Origin: Perna viridis | Taxonomy: Eukaryota | Direction: 5' to 3' | Assembly (NCBI GenBank): GCA_037379345.1 | Contig: CM074521.1 | Span: forward strand, 35,922,704-35,986,703 | DNA: 64,000 nucleotides | In this document: in pieces, positions 12,801 through 26,720 of the stretch | How positions within the stretch are numbered: the first letter of the stretch is position 1 | How the letters are laid out: every line of letters starts with the position of its first letter | Notes under the pieces: model-generated | Databases searched by the model: none | What the model was told of the DNA's origin: nothing | The model's input: the letters and a program-made list of their open reading frames with translations, nothing else | Translations under genes and position numbers: made by a program

Positions 12801-15549
12801 TAAGATGGCATAGATAAGGCATTTTACCATCATGAAACAAAACTTGCACAGAAAAGTATTCAGATCAAATGTCTATTAAAAGAAAGAGAGAGTATTGATT
12901 GGTCCAGTTCAGGCATAACCCTGTGCTTGGGTTGGGCTGCACTTATAAATGACAAGAAGCCTGAAAATCAGGTCAATTGCAAAGCTTTCTACATTCCAAC
13001 ACTGGTGTGGACCTTAATTGTCATTATACACCCAAAGCAGACATTCTTTCTTTACACAGAGGCAACACTGGTGTGACATCATTACTAGGTCCTTCATTCT
13101 GATAAGTAAATCTCTTCAACTTCAAAGTCAGACTTAAGTGTAACTTTAGCAAAGGGTGACTGATTATAGACCTTAGTAATGGTGATAGTCCTGGTATTCT
13201 GGCAATAAGTAAATACCCACTATCAAGAGACCATTGACTTAAAATTCTTTGACATCTTAGAGTCTAGAAGTCATTAATACCCTCCTACAACTCCAAATAT
13301 ACCTTTAAAATTAAACTGAAGATAATATGTAAATCCCTTAGACTGAATGGACTTTTACTGACAAATTGGAGTTTTATCATTTTGATGAAACTATAAAGAG
13401 AAATGCATGATTTCGCCCAAAAAACATTTAAAACTATCCTTTCTTGGGCCTCAACAATTGTTTCTCAATAAATTAGAAGTTGTAACATAAGTAGAAACAG
13501 GATGCAGAAGTTCCTTAGTGCGATCATAACATGGACAACTTCCTGTGTTAAAACAGGCACTAATTTTAATCACTGAGATCAAATCATATTTCTGATGTTA
13601 TGATATCAATATGGCAGGACTGCTGCCATATCTGTTGTATCAATAGTGACTGAATTCATTCATTATCCCATTTTTTATTCACCTGTTCAACTCAACAAAA
13701 TATCTTTTATTGAGTTTTTTTCTGGGTCAGATTTTTTTCCTGCTGTGGAGAGAAGAATCTTCATGATCATCGAACAGATATCAAACATTTATAGTAGATG
13801 TCATGTATGTGCACTTCATCAGAAATTAATCTTTTTATTATCCAATAAATTTGTACACTAAAAAGTAGGTTTTAGATCTGTTTTATATCATCTTCAGATT
13901 ATACACAGGAGAGATTTAATTTTCTTTACATGTTACACTGCCCTCTCCTCCAAAAATATGTTTTGTCTCAATTTGCTATCAAGATCCAATGAGCAGACTG
14001 GGACATACATATAAAACATATATCAGACAAATGGGTAGATGTTACTTTCAAAGAAACACAGATAAAATTAACAATGATAACCCTCCATTAAATGAAGTAC
14101 CATATAAAATAAATTAGCCATTCAAACAATAAAACCTCACATGAGAACTAGATACTGGCTGAAACATATCAATTCCATTATAGAGTCGATGGGGCCATCA
14201 CATCATCAGTAATAATAGACTTTTTACATCTACATATTACTCCATTATACAGTCATGGGGAGGTTGTTTTAATCTGTAATAACATACATTGATGATAGGC
14301 ATCCTGTATTATAATGGATCAGTATCCCAACAGAGACATCATATATTAGGACATTATAGATATATAATGATCAATATGGTGCTCTACATTTACAGAACAA
14401 TATTTTTTTTATTGATGGCTAAAAGTGACAAGACATTTTGTGTTATCTTCAATTCCATAAATCCAATAGCTTTATAAATAAAGTAAATATAAACAACTGA
14501 ATTCTCTCAGATTTAAAGAAAACTAGCATTCACACTATTCAGTATTGACTATCAATTTGAACTGATATCAATGCATTAGGTTTTAAAAGTACTTAAATTA
14601 AGAGTTCTGGTTTTAAAGCTCCTTAAATAAAAGAAGAAAAAGAAGACCTTGAAGTGAATATTATTTCTCTTTGGAAAGCAACTAGTGTCATTTAGCACTA
14701 TAAGTGATGTACTTTTCTCCTTGTCTTTTATTACAATTACTAAACAAAACACATTTACTATGACAGTTGCTATGGAAGTTCCGTCACATGCAAGTAGAAA
14801 TGGATTTTCCAAACAAACGGAAAGTAATGTGACATTTCTAAGGATTTATTTGACAAGAGAAATGGAAAATACTGGTTGCAGAAGATACAACACTCATCTT
14901 GTGAGCAGAACATGATGATCAAGCATTGACTAATGGCAGAAAGATACAACACTCATCAAGCATTGAGTAACGACAATCCAAGGCTTCAGTGAATCAACAG
15001 TTAGGAACATCTACAGTAATTTTACAGCCAATGTCAAAAAGCTTAATAAAGAAACAAGATATTACATAATTCTTAAACTGTTCAATTATTTCATTCTTTT
15101 GAATCATAATTATTTCTGTAACTACCATCGAATGTAATCTATAATTGGATAGATAGTCCTTGAGGATTCAAATAGAGAGATGGTAGTTAGAAATGTATGT
15201 GTTTCTATAATGGCCTCTTGTGATTAATTGCTTCATTATAAAAAGTATGCAGGAGCATGAGAATTAATCAGACAGAAGTTTCATATGATTGTGTTGCCAC
15301 AGTGCATTCTGCTGGTAGATCTTTTGCATGTATGATGAAGGCAGCGTCCAGTAATTAATGTACTTTTCCTCACCATCCAAACAACACAATTTTGTTTTCT
15401 TTGGGTTACCATCATAAAAGGACAATTGAAAGCAAAGAAACTTATTAACATTAATTTAATTTTGCTTTTGCCTAAAACAATGCATGATTCTCCATTCCAA
15501 AGTTCAAAGGTGTATAACTCCAACAAAAATCAATGGGTCATAAATTCCT

Positions 15550-15695
15550 AAAATATGCACATACTTGCATATAAAGTCTTAGCGACCTACAAAGTTCCAT
15601 GAAGATGGATGACTTAGCTTCTCAAGAATTGTGATGGACAGACAGACAGAAGGACAGGGCAAATATGTATTCCCACCAAAATGGAGGGAGACATT
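15550..15695 (+). mobile_element. Helentron/HINE-like 3' remnant
   Basis: acctacaaagttccatgaag motif, (GACA)n microsatellite and a terminal degenerate C-run/G-run hairpin. Similar decayed remnants lie at about 11240-11400 and 61740-61910. Confidence 0.45.
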
Positions 15696-15804
15696 ACTGT
15701 TATTAGCCATGTACTGACTAACAGCACCATATAAAAAAATACATTTTTTGATTTGTAACATTGGCCCCTTTCTAAAAGAATGTCAACAAATTTAAGATAC
15801 TTAC

Positions 15805-15965
15805 GGATTACATAAATTAACTAAGTCTTTATCTGTGGTGTTAGGATTCAGTCCCCGTATATACAGGTTGGTTTTACTGAGGTCATTAGGCCCTCCACTC
15901 TGTGTGCTGCTTTGACTACTGGTGGTGTTTGGACTTGCCGCAGGCATGCTGCGAGGTGTGTAGGT
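15805..15965 (-). CDS. shep: Coding exon (161 nt, phase 0 to 2) of shep/RBMS-family RNA-binding protein: Ser/Thr-rich N-terminal region and start of RRM1
   Basis: Acceptor ttctttacag, donor CC|gtaagt. Translates [65 protein letters not shown] (RNP2) is the RBMS1/2/3-Shep signature, and [11 protein letters not shown] parallels vertebrate MAPPSPSTTSS. Confidence 0.96.
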
Positions 15966-18900
15966 CTGTAAAGAATAAGAAAACTTGTTGAATATCATGG
16001 CTTTTACAAAAAAATATATTAAGCAGAAAGCTTGAATGCATATTTGATACTATCAGTTATAGCAACAAGTCATTCCAGGCTTAAAGTTCAAAACCCTGTC
16101 AGCTCTATAAAAAATAATAAGACCTGTGGTCCAAACATGACAACACCCCAACAAAAATGATATAAATGTAACTTAATCTGATATACCAACAAAAGATTGC
16201 AATGTCCTACCAGGCTTAACAAAGCTGTAAGGTGAAGAAATAAATGTGTACAAGTCAACAGCTCATTCTAACCTATAGCATATACATTAAAACAAATAGC
16301 CTAACAAAAAATACTTAGTTCAATGGATCAAACAGGTGTTTTCATTCATTCTTTCTTCAAGATCAGAGACAAAAATCCTATACCAGTTTGGCCTTAGAGA
16401 AAATGTTGATAAAGTACAAGTCGATTACACAGGTAATGTATACACAAGGTAAGTCACAGGTACAAAGGTAACTTCAAAGGCAAAATTATGATAATCTGAT
16501 TAAAAGATCAAACTAAAGCTAAAAAATCACACCACAAAATGTCAAGTGTTTGCATATCAATTCATTTACTTACATTTAATCAACCAAGTTACCTTCACCG
16601 ATTTAATTAACTTAAAATAGCAGGTCAGATGAAGTAAGGTTAACTGTAATTAACAGAGATAAATTCTTAATTATAATTCATGGTATCAACTTTAAATTTT
16701 TAACAACTTCATAAATAACTGGAGCTCAACAAGACATAGGATATTCTTGGTCAGTACTTTTATTCCAGTAATTATTTACATATTAGCACATGTAGTTATG
16801 GAATTCAAACATCCACTGTATGTATGGTAATATGAAGGGAGTAATTTATAATAAAGCTTCATACAAGATCATATCTATCAAATCATGACCTTTCAAAGCA
16901 ATGAACAGTCATTTCAAGGCAATTTTTTTCAGAATTGATTTCACTTTTTGTTATTAAATTTGTCTCCCAATTTTGACAAGCATTGGATGCAAGTAAAATA
17001 ATGAATAGCAATTTCACCCTATTACAAGCTTGGCTAGGCAATGCCATAGAAAACCAACTCAGTTAAACGTTCTATTACAATAATTTGTGATCAGCGACGA
17101 GGACGATTACCAATGCCATAATTAACCATCCAAAAAGCTGATCACGGGTCCTACCGTCGCTTACAGTAATGTCAACCAACTCTTGTGATTTGCAATTAAA
17201 TTGTTCTTCATGCGTTTATTTGCATATTCAATAACATGTCTAATCAGTGTACATCTATGGAGACCTTTTATTGACTTTTTCTCATCCAAGTACCAGATTT
17301 TCTCAAACATAAAAATTTTACATAAGAAAGGGAAATTGCACTTCTCTTTATAAACATGTCATTTATCAATGCCAATATTTCTTTCTATTTCTCCCACTTC
17401 ATAGAACTCTACACAAAACAGAAACACTTTATTTAAAAATATAAAACCATTACATAAGATTATAAAAACTTCATTCTTTCAACACAATATATTTAAAAAA
17501 AAAAAAAAAGAAAACTTGTATTTCAGCACAAAATCATAAATGACTGAACCACAACAGGTGTAATTAATTACAGATAGAACTGTTTTAGTACCCCCTTCCT
17601 AGGAAGGACCTTAATACCATTACAAACATATTAACCCACCATCAAATTTGTTTTTTTGCAATTAGTGTATCTAATCAATAAGTACTCAATGCAATATAAG
17701 AATAACTACTCTCTCTTCAGATGAATAGATTTCCTTGCCAATTCACATGTACATGTATCATAATGATAAAAAAAAGCCAAAGTACTACTAAAGTATAAAC
17801 AGTTGTACATTGTGGAAAGTGTGTTATGGTAGGAAGAATGTAAACGTTTGTATAGGACAATGCATATGTCAAAGTTTTGGTTCAGAAATCATCTATATTC
17901 CATAAAATAAAAACAAATCAATTATAGATCAGTCTGACCTCATTATTCATAGTGTTTTGACAATGAAATATATGTAACTTTAATGATAGTTAAATGTTAC
18001 ATAAACAAATTATCAAAATATTCTTGGAAGATTTCAAATCAAATAAAAGATTGACATAAAATAATCCAAATCCACATACCTTGTATGAGAAGCCAAGAAC
18101 CAGAATAGAGACTGACCTATATGGAGTTAATAGTACAATTATCTCCAACTATGTAGAGAATTAGTTTTTCATTGGACATGATGGCTGCTGACAGTTTAAT
18201 ACCTTGTCAAAACTTTGACAGCTAAATACCACAAAACCTCATCAATAACTTGATTATAACTGGAACATAATGCTACAGACAATTGTTTATAATCATTTGC
18301 ATTACGTCCTGATTGGGGGCTTTATAATGGAAAACCATTCAGTTTTATATTGGCTGATTTCTCAATGAGCCATTTTATGGCCATAGTCTCAGCTTGCAGT
18401 TAAGTTTTATGTTTGTTTCTGAATTCATTAGCAATTAGTTTCACACAGGTTCATATAAATCACTGCTTGTCCATTGACCAGATAGGCTATTGTTGGCTTT
18501 ATCCTGGAAACAAGCAATCAACATGACTAATATGTAAGATTCAACATACAAAAGTATGAGAACAGGTCCTAGTTTTAAAAAAAATTATATATATATATTC
18601 AAACCAACTGGTTGTTGAAGCTTTATACACAACTTGATAACATGCTCAATGTATCATATTAATGTGAATGCAAAAAGTAAAATACACTCCCAAAACATCT
18701 TCAATCTCAATAGAAATGCTTGTCGTCTCAACACCAGCGTGACCTAATATCTACTATAGAACCATACATGGACAAATATTCTACTTGTACATGACATTTA
18801 AACATCATATCGGAAAACAAAGTGTCATCCAAAATTACTTTTTTTAAGTAAGTAGGTCTCCCTTATCAGAAAATATGAAAAAAATATATATTAACAAATC

Positions 18901-21900
18901 TTCTTTAAAATATGATGAGTCGAAAAATTTACAGTTCGGCGCCAGAGGTCTTCAGTAGAGGAATAATATAGATATAAAATCATAAATTTTTCTTCCACCA
19001 GCCCCAAAATAATTTAACCGAGCCTAGACCTTACCGTGTAAATAAATCTTAAGACCCTTTATGACTCTTAAAGCCCATATACATTAAATTGTTTGACCTA
19101 AATATTTATGTTGTTCATATTCTCTGATAAGGCGAGATTTACACTGCTTTACAAATCTCACTGACAAAACTGTCTTTTATCACAGAAAAATATGACATTT
19201 TGAATTTGATAAATTTTTCCTAAAGGAGTTGAATTGTTTGTATGGTGTAAAATGGTCCCCAACCTACACATTTGGGTGTATTAAATTGTAATTCTTGTTT
19301 CATATCAATGCAACAGTGATTCAGATATAGTGAAATGTAACAAGTTTACCTGAGTATAGTTAGCCAAACTATATTTCTATAAGACAATGTGAGGAATCCT
19401 GAAGAATCAGGAACTAAGTTTTATATGTAACAAAATTTTCCAGAAAAAAAACAACTAAAGTGCTTTTAATTCAATTATTTTAATCCAGCAAAAATACAAA
19501 AAGCTAAAAGCAAAAAATAAAATTGTAGCTTTAACAACCAAATATTCAGTTGGTCCCATTTACTATAGAAAATTCATTTCCCTCTGGGCAGACGAACAAC
19601 TGTTAATAAACTTCGGCTGTTACATTGTAAACATTTATGCAAAAAACTCAATAATCAACTTTCTGATTCATTGATACAAAAAATTACATATATTAACAGT
19701 AATATTTCACAATGAAAGTCAAATGTAGAAAAATAGACTTACTTGTATCGAAAGGAAGAAAAACACCTGTTAAATTTTGTATAAGACACTCCCTCCGTAG
19801 GTGAAATCAATGCTATATAAAATGTGTATAAGATTCTCAACTATTTTGATGACCTAACTCCGCTCCACTAACCACAAGATGTAAAGGATGTATTTAAAAA
19901 TGTCGCACTACTACTTAAAATCTTCCATTTAAGTTACAACATATATCTGTAACACCACTACGATCAAAAGTGTTAGGTTTAATAATTACAACGGCCAGAG
20001 AATATTAAGGTCATTGATTCAAGATCTCCGTGATTACTTGACTAATCTTACTAAACACCACAAAGTAAGGCATTGCTATCTGGTAAATAAGATTATTCTT
20101 TAAGTCATTGAAAAAATAAATTCCATTTAAAAATAGGCAGTGAATTGATCAGAATTGTACAATTACCAAGGTAAGACAGGTACTGGTATTTTTCTCGTTT
20201 AATTGGATGATGAATGGTGCAAGGTTGTAGAATTCTATATAGAGACGTTTATAACATAAAATAATAGAAATTAAAATGGGAAAAAAAATCCCCAGAATCA
20301 ATAACTATAAATGGTGACAATGAACTCTTATAATGTGAAAGTGTCTTCATTATACAATTACATTCTATGAATAGTCTGTGAATGACTGATTTTTTATCCA
20401 CTATTTATTTAGTAGAGAGAAAGAGCTGTAATATTGATATTGTATTCAGCATTATTTCAGTATGATTATGACTAATAATTAAAAGAAATCTTGGTATAAC
20501 ATTTCTCTGATATGACAAGCTACAGTGACCTTTGAACTAACCACATTACCTAATGGTATTCTAGTACCAATAGAACAGAATTTTATAGTTTTGCAAATCT
20601 GCATTAAATTTCTACAGAACCTCATTTGAAACAAACTTTTTAGATTTTAATTAGAAACCTTCCCATATGACCTAACAAACTCACCTTAATTTACCATTGA
20701 TAAATGTATGATATGATGTGATATGGTACTACACATTTATTTTTATTATAATTTTCAATTAACTTTGTTTGTGGGGGGTATAACAAGTGAGTTTTTTTTA
20801 TGAAAAAATAAAGTTACATCTAACTAGAGAAACATTCTTCGTCCCAGAGTGGATGTATAAACATATTAATGGGTACAAGCCTACCTATTACTTAGTGGTA
20901 ACATATACAGGTTGGTAGTACATATTTAACCTATTTATGACAGGTGATCTATGACCAAATAAGACATTAATTTGACATTTTACATCACAAGGTTGGTGTA
21001 TCTATATATATACATGTAAAACATTGACACTTGTAGGAGTAACAAAAAGAAAACTTCTGATGTATACCACTCATTCAATGATCCACCCATCATTTTCTAA
21101 CGATTTTGGAAAAATATGACCCTGATAAATTTTAGAGATTATGTAATCACAGTGGAATTGAGTTCTCCTACTTGGCCTTGCTTTAATGTTTTTAGCCGTG
21201 GTACTTAAACATGCAAGAAATATCCCTAATTCATCTCATCGCTTCATCTTTCTACTCTTGCTCAGCTGTGTGTTAAAAAGACGATTTAGATTTTCTCATC
21301 GTTTTTAACACCCACTTCTTACATTACAAAGTACATGCAGGCTTCAGCAGAGAAACCACAATTTCCTTTGATATCTAAATTAAGCAATCGTGGAACAAAA
21401 ATGAATCGTATCAAGTGTCAAAAAGCTATCATCATTACATGATTCCTAAAAAACATTTTTGCCTGTTACAGAGCTGTTTTGTATATTAACCTACACTATC
21501 AAACTGATCTCTGTAATGAGCTTCGCAGGCTGTAGATAATTGCTAATGGCTTTGTGACTGAAGAAATCTTTAGAGAGATGATAAAAATTATCTGCTTATT
21601 TTTCCAATTTAATGCAATCCAAGAATGACTGATCTTTTCAGTCTTTCAATGTCCATGTTATATTACCCTCTTCCTCACTTTGTCCTCAGATTCGTTTCTA
21701 TTTGACAGAATATACTCTAGAAATGTCTCTGTAGGCTATTTATTAGATTTCGAGAATTTTTTATTTATGGTTATGACTATTATACTAATTATTGGTTCTG
21801 CCTTGATCGATATAAGAATTCAAGAAAATCATTGATAAAAGTATTTATTGTACATTAAACAGGATACATGTTAATTACCATGGCTGCTGCATCCAATTCA

Positions 21901-22419
21901 ACCACAAAACAAAGATAATTAAATTAAAAACTATTGAATTTCACATATAGATAACATTCAACTTTTAGATACTTACTAAGATGAAATTGTATCCATTGAA
22001 CGTTATTGGCCACACAGTGAGATGGTAAGTATACTTAAGACATGAAGTATCATATGAGAGTTATTGTATACATGTAGAAAGACAGGTTCTATTTATGAAC
22101 AAGGACATGAGACATACATGTACATGTATCCTATGGTCAATGACTCAGGTCTATACAGAAGTACAAACGGTAAACCAATTTTCACAAGTGATTTATTTTC
22201 GCTAATTTCGCTAGCAAGATAAAAATGAGAAAATAAATCACTGCAAATAAGTTCCTTCATATGGAACCCTGTTACACCTTTAGTTTTAGTTGCAAAAGTA
22301 AAAATTTTCAAAAGACATGGAGTTGAGTATCTGCAAAAAGAAATCAGTTTACACATGAACTCGTGGATCGTTATGGTGTATCTATCTGCACCATGAAAAC
22401 TGATTTATTCAACGGGTCA

Positions 22420-22703
22420 TAGTTTTCCTTTCCGCGTTTGTCTACCCCCAACTTGACTTTTTATGAGCAACTCGGTGGGTGTTTCTAGAAAAGCAGAGGA
22501 TGCTTACCCTACCGGTGCACCTGGGCCATGCTCCCAGTTTTTAGTGGAGTCTGAGTTGCTCATTTGCTTTTGTTATTTTGCATGTATGATTTTAGTTACT
22601 TTATGTTCTTTGTTGCATATGTCTAATTTCCATGTCTGGTCTTTGTCCCTGGATTACATTCTTTTGATTACTGCTATAACCTTGGTTCCCTTGATTACTC
22701 TTA
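22420..22703 (+). mobile_element. Interspersed repeat fragment (GATGCTTACCCTACC-GGTGCACCTGG family), copy 1
   Basis: Aligns with an inverted second copy near 60 kb and with the unit of the 54.2-kb array. Resembles an abundant bivalve repeat from memory; class not determined and ends approximate. Confidence 0.7.
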
Positions 22704-23082
22704 CTGTAACAAAAGTGAACTTAAATATTTGAAAAAACTTTTTCAACTCTGCATTCCAACCAGGAGACACACAAGATAAACATAAGAAACGTCCAAACAA
22801 ATGAAGAAGAACCTGGTAATTGTCTGGATAATAAAACATCAATTAAGTCATTCTACAAAGCTGCTAATATGCCAACATCTAAACACGTTATTATAGGTTT
22901 TATTACACTTGTTTTAAATTCAAATATTGTCAATAAAGATGTAAATTATCTGCACAATAGTATAAACCCTCCTGGCATTATGCCATTCCATAAATATACA
23001 GGGAACCAATTCATCAGTTTCTTTTAATTACCTTTACATGTAAACAACTGAAGACAGATGAGCTCTCCAGAAATTTATTCTG

Positions 23083-23211
23083 CCACTAGAGTCACCTGTA
23101 ACTCAAGTGGTATAGATCACCAGAGGGGTATCAGGGGACAGGGGAGCTCTCCACTAGAGTCACCTGTAACTCAAGTGGTAGAGATCACCAGAGGGGGATC
23201 AGGGGACAGGG
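23083..23211. repeat. 68-bp tandem duplication
   Basis: ccactagagtcacctgtaactcaagtgg... at 23083 and 23151. Confidence 0.9.
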
Positions 23212-25450
23212 AAAAGAAGGAACCTGCTATTGAGGTATGCATAAATGCCAAATCATTGTAGTACTATGATAATTTGCAGAATTTAAATTGTTTACAACAC
23301 TGACCTGGAAAAACAAAAATAATCAATTAAAACAAAACAGGCTAAAATGTAAACAGAATCAAAATTGGAATGAAAAAGTTTTAGAGTCAATGAAAACTTT
23401 TCTTACCTATGCTAAGTGAGGCAGGAAAACAAGGGAGTGAAACATGTCCAAAACCTTTTCTCTACAGACAATAAAATGAAGTATTTATTCAAGTAAGGTC
23501 TTGAGGAGAAGGGAAGACATATTGACAGATATACCTATTGAGAACAGTTCATTTTATTTAGATAGAGAGCCCCCAGACATCATAAATTGTATATATTTAA
23601 TGATGGATTAAGCAGAGAAAAGCTAGGAGTTAAATCATGGAGGATAAAAAAAAACTTCATAACAAACCAAGTACTATAAATCTATTATACTTCGCAAAAA
23701 AATCAAAGTGTCAGATATCCAAACAAATGCCCAACCCACTTGACATTTATAAATACAATCAAAGTAATTTAAAAAAACTAATGTTTATCTTAAAAACCAA
23801 TTCACTAAACTTCATATTTTTCCAAATAAAGGTGCAAAAGAAGTGTACTTGTCAGACATTGGACACAAAAGACCCATTGTTGACTTATACTCAGAACAAA
23901 TTCGACCTATTGAACGCAATTTTCTAACTCACAATTTTCTGATTTTCTTGATCAAACCCAAAGGGTTGTACAGTATGACAGCTGAAAACTATCTGTTTCT
24001 ATTTAGTTACATTATCTACTGTGATTTACAAATAGCCGTTATTAAATTTCCTTGCGGGAGGAATAAGAATTCATATTGACACAGTCATTTCCAAACATTA
24101 CAGGATTAACCTTATGATAAACTATTGTCAAGATCTGATTTGCCAAAATCTTCACAACAAAAATGACTTCTGTTCAAATCCTTCAGAATTGGATCATACA
24201 GCTAAGATCTAAGTAGAAATATATGCAGGTTCAACTGTGTCACAACGGCACAAGTATTTGACAAGGATTACAGCATTATACAATTGTGTAATAGTGATAG
24301 TACTGAATTTGGTATAAATACCACAGAAGTGGGCAAAATTTGATTAAAAATACTTTTGGATTTATAGGGCCTTTGAATTCTCCCAATTAACATACCTAGA
24401 TACTAAAATGTTCCAGAAAGCCAATATCAAATTAGAAGTAAGGTAAACAAACCAAATATGAAATGCTCTTCTTCCAAGGTATAAAGCTATGAAATTTATC
24501 AATAACTCAAGCAAATAAAGCCATATAGATAGCATAAGCATGTCTGAGTAGTTACACACCCCTGCAAAATTATACCCATTGAAAATTTAAATTAACTTGA
24601 AGTTTGAAGCATAACACGATGACTCTAATAAATTGCTCTAAATTTGTTTCGCTACATTATGCAACCACTCAAAACCTGATAGAGTTAGTGAAGTCTGGAA
24701 TATTTTTGTTTAAAGTGCAAGTTACGATTTCTTAAAGATACACTCCATTTAAAACAAATTTTGAATCTTTTTCTCTGGATTTAAAACACATTTCTCTCAT
24801 TACAACATGTGACAATTCCACTTATTTCAAGTATGGAAGAAATATGATTATGCCACTATTATTATTATCAGACATAGAAAATTATCTAACAATTTATTCA
24901 TGTGAACAAGTCTAAACACTGACCATACTAGCCATCAACCAGATCTGATCAATTTTATAAAATACAGATTTATTTATAATTAAACAAATATGTCTAAGAC
25001 CTTATGTAAAATGGTAAAAGGTTGTTTACACCAAGATAATTTGTAGTAAGGATTAGTTAATCTAAGAAGGTAAAGTCAATATTTTGTTAAAATCTGAATT
25101 TAACTAGTTCCAAACTGGTTTCCCAAACCCTGGTCATTTAATTTTGACCATCAGTATGTATGGCTGTATAAACTTTCAGTCATTACGTGCCAAACTTCAT
25201 ATAAACAAGTACAAAATGTCTCTATTACATAAAATAAATAAACAAACATTAATAAATAGGAATTTTTAAATGCCAATCCCCACTTTTGAATTTAAAGCGT
25301 AATTGAAATTTCATGTTTTTTTACTTTTTCAAACTGTCTTAATCACGAAGCTTTTCAGTACAAAATGATTTTTCTCCTCATTCATAAATCATTTAAATGT
25401 TTTTAACAAATACCTTATTAATATATATTTAAACCATACTAAAGACTTAC

Positions 25451-25624
25451 CGTATTCTGACGAAGAAAAAATGTTTTCACCGGGTTAAAATTCGTGTATC
25501 TCCTGAATGACACTTGAAGAAATGATCGGTATTTTACTACAGTGGAGCGTTGACATAAGATATAGAACCGTGTAAACAGGTGACATGATAGACATGCCCA
25601 CACAAATCTCAAGAAAATAGACAT
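25451..25624 (-). CDS. shep: Candidate alternative first coding exon (58 codons, MSIFLRFVW...FFLRQNT)
   Basis: ATG at 25624, frame open to a consensus donor ACG|gtaagt in phase 0. Seven CpGs in 25451-25570. Confidence 0.5.
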
Positions 25625-26319
25625 TAAATAACTACTTTTAATTATGGAGGACAGGTATTTAAACTGGCTGTCATAATTCTTGGACAATTACAACTATGTT
25701 GATTTTACAAATATTCTACCAATATCTTTCTTTACTCAGAACCTTTTATTTATGATTCTAAATTGACAAACTTCAAATGGGAGTGTTTTTTTTTTTATTT
25801 CGTGAAATAAAACTGCAAATGGCATCTTGCAATACAATTTTTAGCACATTTTCTTTGCTGCAATACAATTACTTAAAGAGGAACACAAAACAGCTGTTTG
25901 TTTTGTTGACCTCAAAGTAATTAAACATCAAAGGAATGTTAATATAAGGTGTGCCAGGTAAAGTCAGGTATATAATTTACAGGTAAGGGTGTAGAGAAAG
26001 CTTGGGGGCTGTGAGGTCACAACACCATATTTTATGGTCCTTTAACAAACAGTAATGAAGTAAAGGGTGTCATTATACAAAGAACATGTTCATATTCTAG
26101 CAGTGGTGAAGAAAATGAGCAAATTTCTTATGACAGAAAAATAACCCTCTATCCAGTGTATTTCCTTCATCAGAGGAAGCCATAATAAAATCATACATTT
26201 CATTAAGGATAGAAGTAAACACTGTTTTTAAATAATTACAAAAACTATACAACATAAGCAAAATAATTTCTTTCCTCTGGAAAGTCTGCCTAAGACAAAT
26301 ACTCAGATAAAGTCTGTAA

Positions 26320-26720
26320 ATTAACCTCCTCCCTTGTCACTCGTACTTCCAGAGGTTCTACCTCAACATAAACCTCTAACACTCCTTTTTTTCTACCTCT
26401 AAAATGCCTGCAATTTCTACCTTCTCTGAAACTCCTAATACTATTGTTTCTACCTGCAATTAAACTATTAATACACTTGCAGTTTCCACCTCCCCTTAAT
26501 CTCTAAATCCCTTGTTTTTACCCCCTCATAAACCACTAATACCCCTAGTTTCTACCTTATTCTAAACATCTGATACTTCTGCAATTTTTACCTTCTTTTA
26601 AACCTGTTTTTATCTCCTAAATCTCTAATACTCCTATTTCTACCTCATCCTAAACCTCTAATACTCCTATTTCTACCTCCTCCTAAACCTCTAATTCTCA
26701 TGCTGTTTCTATTCCTCTAC
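26320..26720. repeat. Degenerate pyrimidine-rich tandem repeat of about 33 bp
   Basis: Recurrent ttctacctcctcctaaacctctaatactcct. Confidence 0.8.

Noticed and set aside
15801-15998. ORF-track 65-aa protein as a standalone gene
   Set aside because: The first 11 codons are the intronic pyrimidine tract and the stop lies in the donor site; the real unit is the exon 15805-15965.
22463-22732. Similar peptides in ORFs 22463-22732 and 59941-60237 (DAYPT.APGPC)
   Set aside because: The similarity is explained by two copies of a non-coding interspersed repeat.
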